The position numbers were made by a program, and so were the translations under genes. This document shows positions 23,626-32,387 of a stretch of 64,000 nt of DNA, piece by piece. Below the pieces are notes generated by a model that was not told the origin of the DNA, did not search any database, and worked only from the letters and a program-made list of their open reading frames with translations. The stretch's first letter is position 1. The number at the start of each line of letters is the position of its first letter. The DNA comes from Devosia equisanguinis (lineage in GTDB: Bacteria > Pseudomonadota > Alphaproteobacteria > Rhizobiales > Hyphomicrobiaceae), in contig CAMAYR010000001.1 of NCBI GenBank assembly GCA_945862355.1, forward strand, positions 14,314 to 78,313, in the 5' to 3' direction.

Positions 23626-24399
23626 TCAGCCTCCAGCCTGCTCACGACGGTAGAGCTCGGCGAGAAGCGCGTCGATCTCCTCGTTGCGCCCGACACCGTT
23701 GGCCTTTGCCTTCCGCTCCTGATGCTGAAGCTGGCGCTCCTGCGTTCTGATAGCGGCTCCTGTCGCACCTGAAACCTTGAGCCGTCGGCCGCCGGCAATC
23801 AGTAGCGGATGTCCTGGCTGCTCGAGATCCAGTTCTTCCAGGAAGGTCTCGCGCAACGCATAGAAGCTCTGCAAAATCGCATCGCGTACCAGCTTACGGT
23901 ACTCCGGCGCGATGTCCTTCGACTTGCGCGGGTCCAGGGTAATCAAGACGCGTCGCATGTCGTGCAGCGGCGCGTATGGATAAAGGCCGATCAACTCGTC
24001 GGTCTCGCCGACATTGCGATAGACAATACGCATGTTGTCGATGGAGCCCGAAAGGCTGCAAAACGTATCGATGTAGTCGTCTGGCGTCGGATAAGGCTTC
24101 TCGCAGAAGGCATATAGCGCGTTCTTGGTGGCGACCAGCGCGCGCCATTCCTGCTCCAGGCACGTCACGAAATTCGAGCGCTTCTGGTACACGTTCGAAA
24201 TGTAGGCGACGCCGCCCGTCACGATCAGCAGGCTCATGTCGCGCAGGAACTCGTAGAAGTCCTTGAGACCGCCCTCGATGCCGATGGTCTTGAGCAAGGG
24301 GATATAGTCGGCAAACTTCGCCAGGAGCGAGATCGCGAGGATCACGCCCAGGAAGACGTAGAGACGGGCGAGGGTGTTGCGGAGGCTGTTGCGGGTCAT
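23626..24399 (-). CDS. Hypothetical 2-TM membrane protein
   Basis: 257 aa with two N-terminal hydrophobic helices (LYVFLGVILAISLL, SLLIVTGGVAYI), then a soluble helical region. No family recognised. Confidence 0.55.
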   Translation of the reverse strand: MTRNSLRNTLARLYVFLGVILAISLLAKFADYIPLLKTIGIEGGLKDFYEFLRDMSLLIVTGGVAYISNVYQKRSNFVTCLEQEWRALVATKNALYAFCEKPYPTPDDYIDTFCSLSGSIDNMRIVYRNVGETDELIGLYPYAPLHDMRRVLITLDPRKSKDIAPEYRKLVRDAILQSFYALRETFLEELDLEQPGHPLLIAGGRRLKVSGATGAAIRTQERQLQHQERKAKANGVGRNEEIDALLAELYRREQAGG

Positions 24400-24448
24400 G
24401 GGGAAATGAAGCTTCGTGCGAACAAGGGGCTTTACCTTCTAGGGTAGC

Positions 24449-24503
24449 TCATCTGACGTTTGGCACCCGCTTGCGGCTGGGCTCTCAACCAAACGTCAGA
24501 TGA
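24449..24503. repeat. Perfect 15-bp inverted repeat
   Basis: TCATCTGACGTTTGG (24449-24463), 25 nt, then CCAAACGTCAGATGA (24489-24503). It lies between two minus-strand genes in an AT-rich spacer. Confidence 0.6.
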
Positions 24504-24603
24504 AAAAGCTACAATAAAATCATCAACTTGCTAGTGCTCTTCATGGTTCTGGCATTTGCACCGAGCCTCGCCGCAACGGGAAGCAAATGTCGGAACCGGA
24601 ACA

Positions 24604-25242
24604 CTAGCTCCTATCGAACGATGTTTCATGCATCATCGGCACATAACCGAATTTCAATGCCCCGATGGTGCCCGGAGGCGTCAGTGCCGTCACAACGCAG
24701 CCACGCGGCCGGGGCAAGGGGGCGCCGTAGCCGCTGATGCTCCAGGGTCTCAGGCTTTCGGCGAGCACGAGGTGTGGCCCGCGGTGAGGTCCAGCCAGAA
24801 CCATTGCGCCAATCGGCATCGTATCCAGCTCGCCATCGTTGAGGCGCTTTGCCCCGGTGACGGGATCGACGCGCTCGGCGTGGAGGACCTGATCGATCTC
24901 GCTGGCGCCGGCCGGCGCCACCAGCCCCCGCGCAGCAGACCAGAGCCGAGCGAACTCCATCGCCTCGGTCCGTCGGCATTCGAAGCAAGGCCGGTGGCCG
25001 GCAGCCAGCGCCGTCGCCTCGTCGAGGAAAAATAGCTCGGTATAGCGGCGGGGGGTCATAACCGTCCGGCGACGGCCGCCGAAGGAGAGCCAGCAGCAGA
25101 TCCAGCGCCGCGACACCCAGCGGCGCGCGCTCAAAGCACGGGCGTCGTCGTGGAAAGCACCACCTCGATTGCCCATTATTGTGCCGCGGGCGGGATCGGT
25201 GACGATCTCCCCCATCGGGGTGACACGGTTCTGCAGCGGCAT
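24604..25242 (-). CDS. Hypothetical protein with Ada-like Zn-finger segment
   Basis: 212 aa. The segment FFLDEATALAAGHRPCFECRR resembles the Ada N-terminal domain segment ...SEALAAGFRPCKRCQP. Confidence 0.55.
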   Translation of the reverse strand: MPLQNRVTPMGEIVTDPARGTIMGNRGGAFHDDARALSARRWVSRRWICCWLSFGGRRRTVMTPRRYTELFFLDEATALAAGHRPCFECRRTEAMEFARLWSAARGLVAPAGASEIDQVLHAERVDPVTGAKRLNDGELDTMPIGAMVLAGPHRGPHLVLAESLRPWSISGYGAPLPRPRGCVVTALTPPGTIGALKFGYVPMMHETSFDRS

Positions 25243-25407
25243 GGCTCAGTCCAGGGTTGGCGATCGCCGATCCAGCCAAAAGGCTGCAATCAACAGTTCG
25301 GACCTGTCCAGAGAGAAGAACTGACAGCGGCGGAGCCCTGGGGGAAGAAGTGGGAGGGGGTAAGGCTCCGCCGCTATTTCGCTACCATTGAACGACGTCA
25401 CTGGACG

Positions 25408-25554
25408 TCACTGGCCGGTGGGCAGCGAATTGAAGAATTTCTGAGCGTCGAACGCTGCGCTCGGGTCGACGTAGGTGTTGGCCTGGGCCGACATGGCGGT
25501 GGCGACAATCGACGCGGCGAGTGCGGTGGCGAGTACGATTATCCTCATTTTCAT
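25408..25554 (-). CDS. Small secreted peptide (48 aa)
   Basis: MKMRIIVLATALAASIVATAMSAQA/NTYVDPSAAFDAQKFFNSLPTGQ has a signal-peptide-like N-terminus. GGAG lies upstream. Confidence 0.4.
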   Translation of the reverse strand: MKMRIIVLATALAASIVATAMSAQANTYVDPSAAFDAQKFFNSLPTGQ

Positions 25555-25619
25555 CTCCTGCTCTGGTTCACTGGTCTTTGCGACCTTGACTTCAGCTCGA
25601 CGCCCCCGGCGACGGGCCA

Positions 25620-25790
25620 CTAGTTCACCATGAGGCGCTTGCCGGGAAGCCACATCACCTGCTCGAGGCTTGGCGAAAGAGGCGAAGCGACGGAGAGGCG
25701 ACTCTGATCGGCGACGACTTCCGCCTGAACGGGCATGGCCATCGCCAAGATGATCAATGTAAAAGCTGATACGAGGATCTTCTTTTTCAT
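25620..25790 (-). CDS. Small secreted peptide (56 aa), not in the ORF track
   Basis: Hand translation gives MKKKILVSAFTLIILAMAMPVQA/EVVADQSRLSVASPLSPSLEQVMWLPGKRLMVN. AGGAG-like GGAGTAGG lies before the ATG. Confidence 0.4.
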   Translation of the reverse strand: MKKKILVSAFTLIILAMAMPVQAEVVADQSRLSVASPLSPSLEQVMWLPGKRLMVN

Positions 25791-26197
25791 GACCTACTCC
25801 TTTCATGAACGGCGGATTTATTTGGATTTGATCACGATATGCTTTGGGCGCCGTTCGATGATTACAATATGACCACATTGGCCATCACGTTCAACGCAAC
25901 AGCCCGTGTGCAAGGCTTGACCAGAATGTGATCGGGTCAGCGTAACCACCCGCGCCGTCTCGTGGCCGCCTGGGTGCCGCCGGCTCGCCGGCGGTTTTGC
26001 GGGCATCAGTTTCGCGGGCTTCAATTGACAACGCGAACGCAACTGCCGAAAGTGCGTCCCGAACAAGCAATCTGAAACGATGTTTCGCAGCGGGGAGCGG
26101 CCGTGGCGGGTCGCCCATGCTCTGCCGCTCGACGGGTAGCCATGACGACTTTCGCATCCGACCATCTCCCCACGACACGCGGCGCGGGGGATTTCTC

Positions 26198-28492
26198 ATG
26201 AGACAGGTCAACACCTACATCGGCGCGGCCGTGGAGCGCGTCGAGGATCTGCGCTTCCTGCGCGGCAAGGGCACCTACATCGCCGACATCTCGCGGCCCG
26301 GCCAATGGCACATGGTGGTGCTTCGGTCCGCGGTCGGTCATGGGGTGATCCGACGAATCGACACAACGGCGGCCCTGAGCATGCCTGGGGTCAACGCCAT
26401 TCTCACCGGGCGCGACCTCGGCGAGCAGGTGCCGCGCATCCCGTTTCGCCGGCCGATCCCATCGATCATGCCTTACGGACAACCGGTGATCGCGACGACG
26501 AGAGTGCGCTATGTCGGCGAGCCGATCGCCGCCGTGCTTGCGGACAGCCAGGAGATCGCGGAGGACGCGCTCGCCCTGATCGACGTCGACATCGAACCGC
26601 TGCCGGCCGTGGTGGATGCGCGCGCGGCGATGTCCAACACGGTGAACCTCCACGAGGAGGCCCCGGACGGCAATGCCACAGCGACTTTTACGGGAGACAA
26701 AGGCGACGTGGAGGCCGCGATGCGGCGGGCCGCGCTCGTCATCAAGCACACGTTCTACACGCAGCGGCAGACGGCACTGCCGATGGAGACGCGCGGGCTG
26801 GTAGCCGAATGGGACGCAGCGGCAGGCAAGCTTCTCATGTCGGGCGCGGCAAAGCTGCCCTTCTTCAACAAGCGGGCGATGGCCAAGGTCATGGGCCTGG
26901 GCGAGGACCAGGTCGAATACATCGAGTACGATGTCGGCGGCGGGTTCGGTGCGCGCGGCGAGTTCTATCCGGAGGACGCCCTGACGGCGCTGGCCGCCCG
27001 CAAATTTGGCCGTCCGATCAAGTGGATCGAGGATCGCCGCGAGCACCTGATGGCGATCGGTCACTCGCGCGAGGCGGAAGCCGACATCGAGATGGGCTTC
27101 GCGGCGGACGGCACGCTGCTGGCGTTGAGAACGGAGATGTTCTGCAACATCGGCGCCTACATGCGGCCCAACGGAACGACGCCGGTGCGCAACGCGGCGC
27201 AGTTCATCACCGGCCCCTATAAGTGCGACAACTTCACAGTGCGGAGCCACGCGGTGGCGACGAACAAGACGCCGTCGGGCACGTACCGCGGGCCCGGACG
27301 CTATGAGAGCTGCTTCTTCTTCGAACGGATGATGGACAAGGCGGCGGCAAAGCTCGGCATCGACCGGCTGGAAATTCGCCGCCGGAACCTGATCCCACAC
27401 GCCGAGATGCCCTTCGAGATGACGATGATCGGTCCGGCCGAGGGCTGGGACCCGACCTTCCTCGACAGTGGCGACTACCATCAGTGCTTCGACGCCGTCG
27501 TGAAGGAGGCGCGTTGGGCCGAGAAGTCGCGCGACGCCGGCCGGCTTATCGACGGGCGCTATCGTGGCATCGGCATCGCCGCTTTCGTGGAGGGCGGCGC
27601 ATCGGGTCCGCGCGAACATGCGCGCATGGTGCTGGAGCCGGGCGGCAAGGTGATGCTGGCCGTCGGCTCTTCGAGCATCGGGCAGGGCATCGAGACGATC
27701 TTCGCGCAGATCGCGGCCGACGCACTGGAGATCGGCATCGAGGCCATCGAGGTCACGCACGGCTCGACCACGCTGCTCAAGGAAGGCTTCGGCTCCTACG
27801 GCTCACGCGCGACCGTGATGGGCGGGTGCGCGGTCATCGACGCGGCCAACAACCTGCTGACGGCATTCCGCGAGGCCGCCGCCCGGCGACTACGGGTCGA
27901 GCCTTCGTCGCTGACGATCGCCGATGGCGTCGCCCGGACGGTCGATGGACGCAGCGTGAGGCTCGCGGACTGCGGCGACGACGGGCTCGCGGTCGACGGC
28001 GTTTTCCACAACAACAAGCCGACGTTCACATATGGTGCGGCAGTGGCGGAGGTCGCGGTAGATGCAGGCACGGGCCACGTCGAGGTGCTCGACTACACCG
28101 TGATCGACGACGTCGGCCGGATCATCAATCCGGAGACGCTGCACGGGCAAGTGGTCGGCGCGGCCGTGCAGGGGCTCGGCGCGGTGTTCGGCGAGAATCT
28201 CGTGTATGACCAGGATGGGCAGCTGCTCGTCGGCACCCTGGCGGATTACGAGATCCCCCTTGCCAGCGATTTCCCGCACGTGCATGGCCACTCGACCGAG
28301 CTTCACCCCTCGCCCAACAATCCGCTGGGTGCGAAAGGTGCAGGCGAGGGCGGTATCATTCCGGTGGCGGGCGCAGTGGCGAACGCGGTGGCGAACGCGC
28401 TGTCGTCGCTCGGCGTCGAGCCCGACGTGCTGCCGATCACGCCGCCGAGGTTGTGGGAGATGATCCAGGCAGCAGGGGGGAGGACAGCGTGA
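26198..28492 (+). CDS. Xanthine dehydrogenase-family molybdopterin-binding large subunit (orphan)
   Basis: Start MRQVNTYIGAAVERVEDLRFLRGKGTYIADI. Motif GTYRGPGR. C-terminus ...NPLGAKGAGEGGI. No FeS or FAD subunit gene is adjacent. Confidence 0.85.
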   Translation: MRQVNTYIGAAVERVEDLRFLRGKGTYIADISRPGQWHMVVLRSAVGHGVIRRIDTTAALSMPGVNAILTGRDLGEQVPRIPFRRPIPSIMPYGQPVIATTRVRYVGEPIAAVLADSQEIAEDALALIDVDIEPLPAVVDARAAMSNTVNLHEEAPDGNATATFTGDKGDVEAAMRRAALVIKHTFYTQRQTALPMETRGLVAEWDAAAGKLLMSGAAKLPFFNKRAMAKVMGLGEDQVEYIEYDVGGGFGARGEFYPEDALTALAARKFGRPIKWIEDRREHLMAIGHSREAEADIEMGFAADGTLLALRTEMFCNIGAYMRPNGTTPVRNAAQFITGPYKCDNFTVRSHAVATNKTPSGTYRGPGRYESCFFFERMMDKAAAKLGIDRLEIRRRNLIPHAEMPFEMTMIGPAEGWDPTFLDSGDYHQCFDAVVKEARWAEKSRDAGRLIDGRYRGIGIAAFVEGGASGPREHARMVLEPGGKVMLAVGSSSIGQGIETIFAQIAADALEIGIEAIEVTHGSTTLLKEGFGSYGSRATVMGGCAVIDAANNLLTAFREAAARRLRVEPSSLTIADGVARTVDGRSVRLADCGDDGLAVDGVFHNNKPTFTYGAAVAEVAVDAGTGHVEVLDYTVIDDVGRIINPETLHGQVVGAAVQGLGAVFGENLVYDQDGQLLVGTLADYEIPLASDFPHVHGHSTELHPSPNNPLGAKGAGEGGIIPVAGAVANAVANALSSLGVEPDVLPITPPRLWEMIQAAGGRTA

Positions 28493-28589
28493 GCGACCAT
28501 TACATGCACCGAAGAAACGACGGCGAGAAAATTTGCAGCGCTTTTCCTGCTGCCTGCTGCCCGCAGTCTGGGGCTGGGGAGTGCACGCA

Positions 28590-29981
28590 GTGACCGACCG
28601 CTACGACATTCTCGTCATCGGCGGCGGCAATGCCGCGATGGCGGCGGCGATCAGCGCTGCGCGGCTGGGCGTGGAACGTATCCTCGTGCTCGAGGCAGCG
28701 CCGGTGCATCTGCGCGGCGGCAACTCGCGGCACACACGCAACTTCCGCTGCATGCACACCCAACCGCTCGAGACGATGCCGGATACCTATCCGGAGGAAG
28801 AGTACTGGGAGGACTTGCTTCGGGTCACCGGCGGGCAGACCAACGAGCAGCTAGCGCGCATGGCGATCCGCAAGTCGGAGGGCACCTACGAGTGGATGAA
28901 GGCGCAGGGCGTCCGCTTCCAGCCGGCACTCGGCGGCACGCTGCAGCTTTCGCGGACGGCAGCGTTCTACCTCGGCGGCGGCAAGGCGCTGCTCAACGCC
29001 TACTACCGCACGGCGGCGACGCTCGGCATCGAGGTGAAGTACGAGGCTGTCGTCACCGACGTCACCATTCGCGACAGCCGGTTCGATAGCGCCACCTACA
29101 CCCATCAGGGCGGCACGCATCAGGTCCAGGCGCGGTCGGTCGTGTTCGCCGCCGGCGGATTCGAATCGAACTTCGAGTGGTTGGAGAAGGAGTGGGGCGC
29201 ACCCGCGCGCAACTTCCTCTGCCGCGGCACCAAGTACAACATGGGCGCATGCCTCAGGATGCTTCTCGACAAGGGCGCCAAGTCGATCGGCGATCCGACG
29301 CAGGGGCACATGGTGGCGATCGACGCGCGCGCGCCGAAGTGGGACGGCGGCATCTCCACTCGCGTCGACGCGGTGTCGTTCGGCATCGTCGTCAACAAGG
29401 AAGGCAATCGCTTCTACGACGAGGGCGAGGATTTCTGGCCCAAGCGCTACGCGATATGGGGGCGCCTCGTTGCAGGACAACCCGACCAGATCGGCTTCGT
29501 GATCGTCGACAACAAGTCGGTCGGCCGCTTCATGCCGCCCGTGTTCCCGCCGATCGGGGGGCGCTCGATCGAGGAGCTCGCCGGCAAGCTCGAGCTCGAT
29601 CCGAAGGCGCTGCGCAGCACGGTCGACGAATTCAACAAGGCGGTGAAGCCCGGCACGTTCGACATCACCATTCTCGACGACTGCCACACCGAGGGGCTCG
29701 CAATCGACAAGACGCACTGGGCGAGAACGATCGAGGAGCCGCCGTTCTATTCCTATCCCGTGCGGCCCGGCCTGACGTTCACCTATCTGGGCGTCACCGT
29801 GAACGACAAAGCGCAGATCATCATGAAGGACGATAAGCCAGCGACCAACATGGTTGCGGCGGGCGAGATCATGGCGGGCAACGTGCTCGGCAAGGGGTAT
29901 ATCGCCGGCATCGGCATGACGATCGGCGCCGTGTTCGGCCGCATCGCAGGTGAGGAAGCCGCACGGCAGGTGAGGAATTGA
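28590..29981 (+). CDS. tcuA: FAD-dependent tricarballylate dehydrogenase TcuA / CobZ-N family
   Basis: YDILVIGGGNAAMAAA and RGGNSRHTRNFRCMH. GTG 28590 has GGGGAG upstream. The track ORF starts at TTG 28533. Confidence 0.8.
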   Translation: MTDRYDILVIGGGNAAMAAAISAARLGVERILVLEAAPVHLRGGNSRHTRNFRCMHTQPLETMPDTYPEEEYWEDLLRVTGGQTNEQLARMAIRKSEGTYEWMKAQGVRFQPALGGTLQLSRTAAFYLGGGKALLNAYYRTAATLGIEVKYEAVVTDVTIRDSRFDSATYTHQGGTHQVQARSVVFAAGGFESNFEWLEKEWGAPARNFLCRGTKYNMGACLRMLLDKGAKSIGDPTQGHMVAIDARAPKWDGGISTRVDAVSFGIVVNKEGNRFYDEGEDFWPKRYAIWGRLVAGQPDQIGFVIVDNKSVGRFMPPVFPPIGGRSIEELAGKLELDPKALRSTVDEFNKAVKPGTFDITILDDCHTEGLAIDKTHWARTIEEPPFYSYPVRPGLTFTYLGVTVNDKAQIIMKDDKPATNMVAAGEIMAGNVLGKGYIAGIGMTIGAVFGRIAGEEAARQVRN

Positions 29982-29987
29982 GGGTTC

Positions 29988-30141
29988 CCTCTTTCCCCGC
30001 GCTTCTGCGGGGTAAGAGGATCAGGGAGTGGGCAGCCAAACGGCGTGCCCCGTCAACAGCAGGGTCGCGGTGAGTAGAGCAGCGTTCTCCGGATCGGCTG
30101 CCCCTCACCCCGACCCTCTCCCCCTGAAGTCGGGGAGAGGG
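29988..30141. repeat. GC-rich REP-like palindromic elements in the tcuA-tcuB spacer
   Basis: Hairpins CCTCTTTCCCCGC-gcttct-GCGGGGTAAGAGG (29988-30019) and CCCTCTCCCC-ctgaagtc-GGGGAGAGGG (30114-30141). The module CCCCTCACCCCGACCCTCTCCCC is shared with 5866-5890. Confidence 0.6.
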
Positions 30142-30152
30142 AGAAAGATCGA

Positions 30153-31295
30153 ATGCCCATCACAGAGCACAAAATGGTTGCCGGCGCGACGCCACACGCC
30201 GAGGGCGACCGGATCATGCAGATCTGCAACGCATGCCGCTATTGCGAGGGGTTCTGCGCGGTATTCCCGGCGATGGCCAGGCGGCTGACGTTCACGGATG
30301 CCGACATATCGTATCTCGCCAACCTCTGCCACAACTGCGGCGCCTGCTATTACGCCTGCCAGTATGCGCCGCCGCACGAGTTCATGGTCAACGTGCCGCG
30401 CACGTTCGCGGAGGTGCGAAAGGAGACCTACAAGAACTACGCCTGGCCGCGCGCGTTCGGAGCAGCCTACCAGCGCAACGGTCTAACCACAGCAGTGGTG
30501 ACGACGCTGGCACTGTCCGCGTTTCTCGTCGGCGTCGTGCAGAGCGTCAACCCCGCGGTGCTGTGGGGCACGCATACCGGGCCCGGCGCGTTCTATCAGG
30601 TGATCGCGCACAACACGATGGTGGCGATCTTCGGCGCGGCTGCGCTGTACGTGATCCTCGCCTTCGTGATGGGCTTCCGGCAGTTCTGGGCCGACATGAA
30701 CGAGAAGATGGGCGATTTCGTATCCCCGGCGTCTTTCCGCGAAGCGGTGTGGAACGTCCTCACGCTCAAGTACCTCGATGGTGGCGGCGAGGGCTGCACC
30801 TATCCTGACGAGAAGCCGTCTTTCACGCGGCGCACGTTCCATCACCTGACGTTCTACGGCTTCATGCTTTGCTTCGCCGCGACCTCGTCCGGCACGGTCT
30901 ATCACTACCTTCGGGATTTTCCCGCTCCTTATGATTTCACCACGCTTCCCAAAATTCTGGGCTCTCTCGGCGGAATAGGCCTGCTGATCGGGCCCGCCGG
31001 TCTGTTGTGGCTCAAGCATCGGGCCGATCCAATGCTGTCGGACCAGAAGAGCCGCGGGATGGACGACGGGCTGCTCGGCTTGTTGTTCCTGACCAGCCTC
31101 ACGGGCTTCCTGATCGTGTTCCTTCGCGAGACTTCGTGGATGGGCATAACACTGACGATCCACCTCGGCGTGGTGCTGGGCCTTTTCCTGATGCTGCCCT
31201 ACGGTAAATTCGCGCACGCGGTATATCGGTTCGCGGCGCTGGTGCGTTATGCGCTGGAACGGCGGCGTCCGAACACCAATGCGAGCTTCGAGTGA
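30153..31295 (+). CDS. tcuB: Tricarballylate utilisation FeS/membrane protein TcuB
   Basis: CNACRYCEGFCAVFPAM and CHNCGACYYACQYAPPHEF, followed by several TM helices. 380 aa. Confidence 0.85.
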   Translation: MPITEHKMVAGATPHAEGDRIMQICNACRYCEGFCAVFPAMARRLTFTDADISYLANLCHNCGACYYACQYAPPHEFMVNVPRTFAEVRKETYKNYAWPRAFGAAYQRNGLTTAVVTTLALSAFLVGVVQSVNPAVLWGTHTGPGAFYQVIAHNTMVAIFGAAALYVILAFVMGFRQFWADMNEKMGDFVSPASFREAVWNVLTLKYLDGGGEGCTYPDEKPSFTRRTFHHLTFYGFMLCFAATSSGTVYHYLRDFPAPYDFTTLPKILGSLGGIGLLIGPAGLLWLKHRADPMLSDQKSRGMDDGLLGLLFLTSLTGFLIVFLRETSWMGITLTIHLGVVLGLFLMLPYGKFAHAVYRFAALVRYALERRRPNTNASFE

Positions 31296-31391
31296 GATGC
31301 ATGGCCCTTCGGCCGATTTTCTTTGTTGCCGGCGCCAAAGGGTCTGACGCTGTGGGACGATTGCATCGACTGCTGACGTGGCTATCTCGCC

Positions 31392-32345
31392 ATGAGCCGA
31401 GGTGTGGGCCCTTCCGGATCTGACACCTTCGCAAGGAGCCGCACCGTGTCCCAATCGGCTCTCCTGCGTTTGGCTCCGACGTTGTTCGTTCTGCTGTGGT
31501 CGACCGGATGGCTCGCGCCCCGGTTCGCCATGCCATACGCCGAGCCGTTGACGTTTCTCACCTTGCGCTATGCGATCGCGGCCGTCGTACTCGCCGCCAT
31601 CTGCGTGGCGATGAACGTGGAATGGCCCAAGGACCGCCGCCTCGTCGGGCACGCGATCTTCTCCGGCGTGCCGCTCAGCGCGATGTATCTGGCCGGCGTG
31701 TGGTGGAGCGTCATGAACGGCCTGCCGGTCGCGATCTCCGGGCTCATCAGCGCACTGCAGCCGATCCTGACCGCCCTGCTGGCGCCGCATCTGGCCAACG
31801 AGCGGATCACGCGACAGCAGTGGGCAGGAATCGCTCTCGGCTTCGTCGGCATCGCCATGGTTCTCTCGCCCGCGCTCGCCGCTGTTCCGTCCGACAAGCT
31901 CAACGCACTTCTCATTCCCCTCGCCGTCAACGTCGCCGGCATGGTTGGCGTGACGCTCGGCTCGTTCTATTCGAAGCGCTACGTGACAGGCGGCGACATC
32001 AGGGCTGTGACAACGCTGCAGAACGTCGGCGCGGCGGCAGCGACGCTGCCCTTCGCGATGGCGACCGAGACGATGCAGATCACCTGGAGCCTGCCGCTGG
32101 TGCTGACGATGGCGTGGGTCGTGTTCGGCATGTCGATCGGCGCGGTCGGCCTCTATCTTATGCTGATCCGCAACGGCGCTGTGTCGCGCGCGGCAACGCT
32201 GATCTACCTCATGCCGCCGCTGGTGGCACTGCAAGCCGTGCTCATCCTCGACGAGACGCTGACGCCAGCGCAGATGATCGGCATGGCAGTGACGGCACTC
32301 GGCGTCGCGCTGGCCGTGCGCAAAGAGCCGGCCGGCGGCGGATGA
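31392..32345 (+). CDS. EamA/DMT-family transporter
   Basis: 317 aa, about 10 hydrophobic helices, duplicated EamA-like halves. The start is uncertain. Confidence 0.7.
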   Translation: MSRGVGPSGSDTFARSRTVSQSALLRLAPTLFVLLWSTGWLAPRFAMPYAEPLTFLTLRYAIAAVVLAAICVAMNVEWPKDRRLVGHAIFSGVPLSAMYLAGVWWSVMNGLPVAISGLISALQPILTALLAPHLANERITRQQWAGIALGFVGIAMVLSPALAAVPSDKLNALLIPLAVNVAGMVGVTLGSFYSKRYVTGGDIRAVTTLQNVGAAAATLPFAMATETMQITWSLPLVLTMAWVVFGMSIGAVGLYLMLIRNGAVSRAATLIYLMPPLVALQAVLILDETLTPAQMIGMAVTALGVALAVRKEPAGGG

Positions 32346-32387
32346 TGCCAGTCGCATAGAACGCACCGGATACGAACCCCGACGGCG

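Noticed and set aside
24449-24503. Rho-independent terminator
   Set aside because: No U-tract follows the stem on the strand that is transcribed here. It is retained as an inverted repeat of unknown role.
26021-27760. 579-aa minus-strand ORF
   Set aside because: It is antisense to the molybdopterin large-subunit gene and is a shadow ORF.
26198-28492. Aerobic CO dehydrogenase large subunit (CoxL)
   Set aside because: The active-site loop reads TYRGPGR rather than the form I signature AYxCSFR. No coxM/coxS/coxDEF genes are adjacent. It is called only as a generic XDH-family subunit.
30483-32366. 627-aa minus-strand ORF
   Set aside because: It is antisense to tcuB and the EamA gene. It is His/Arg/Gln-rich junk with no motifs.
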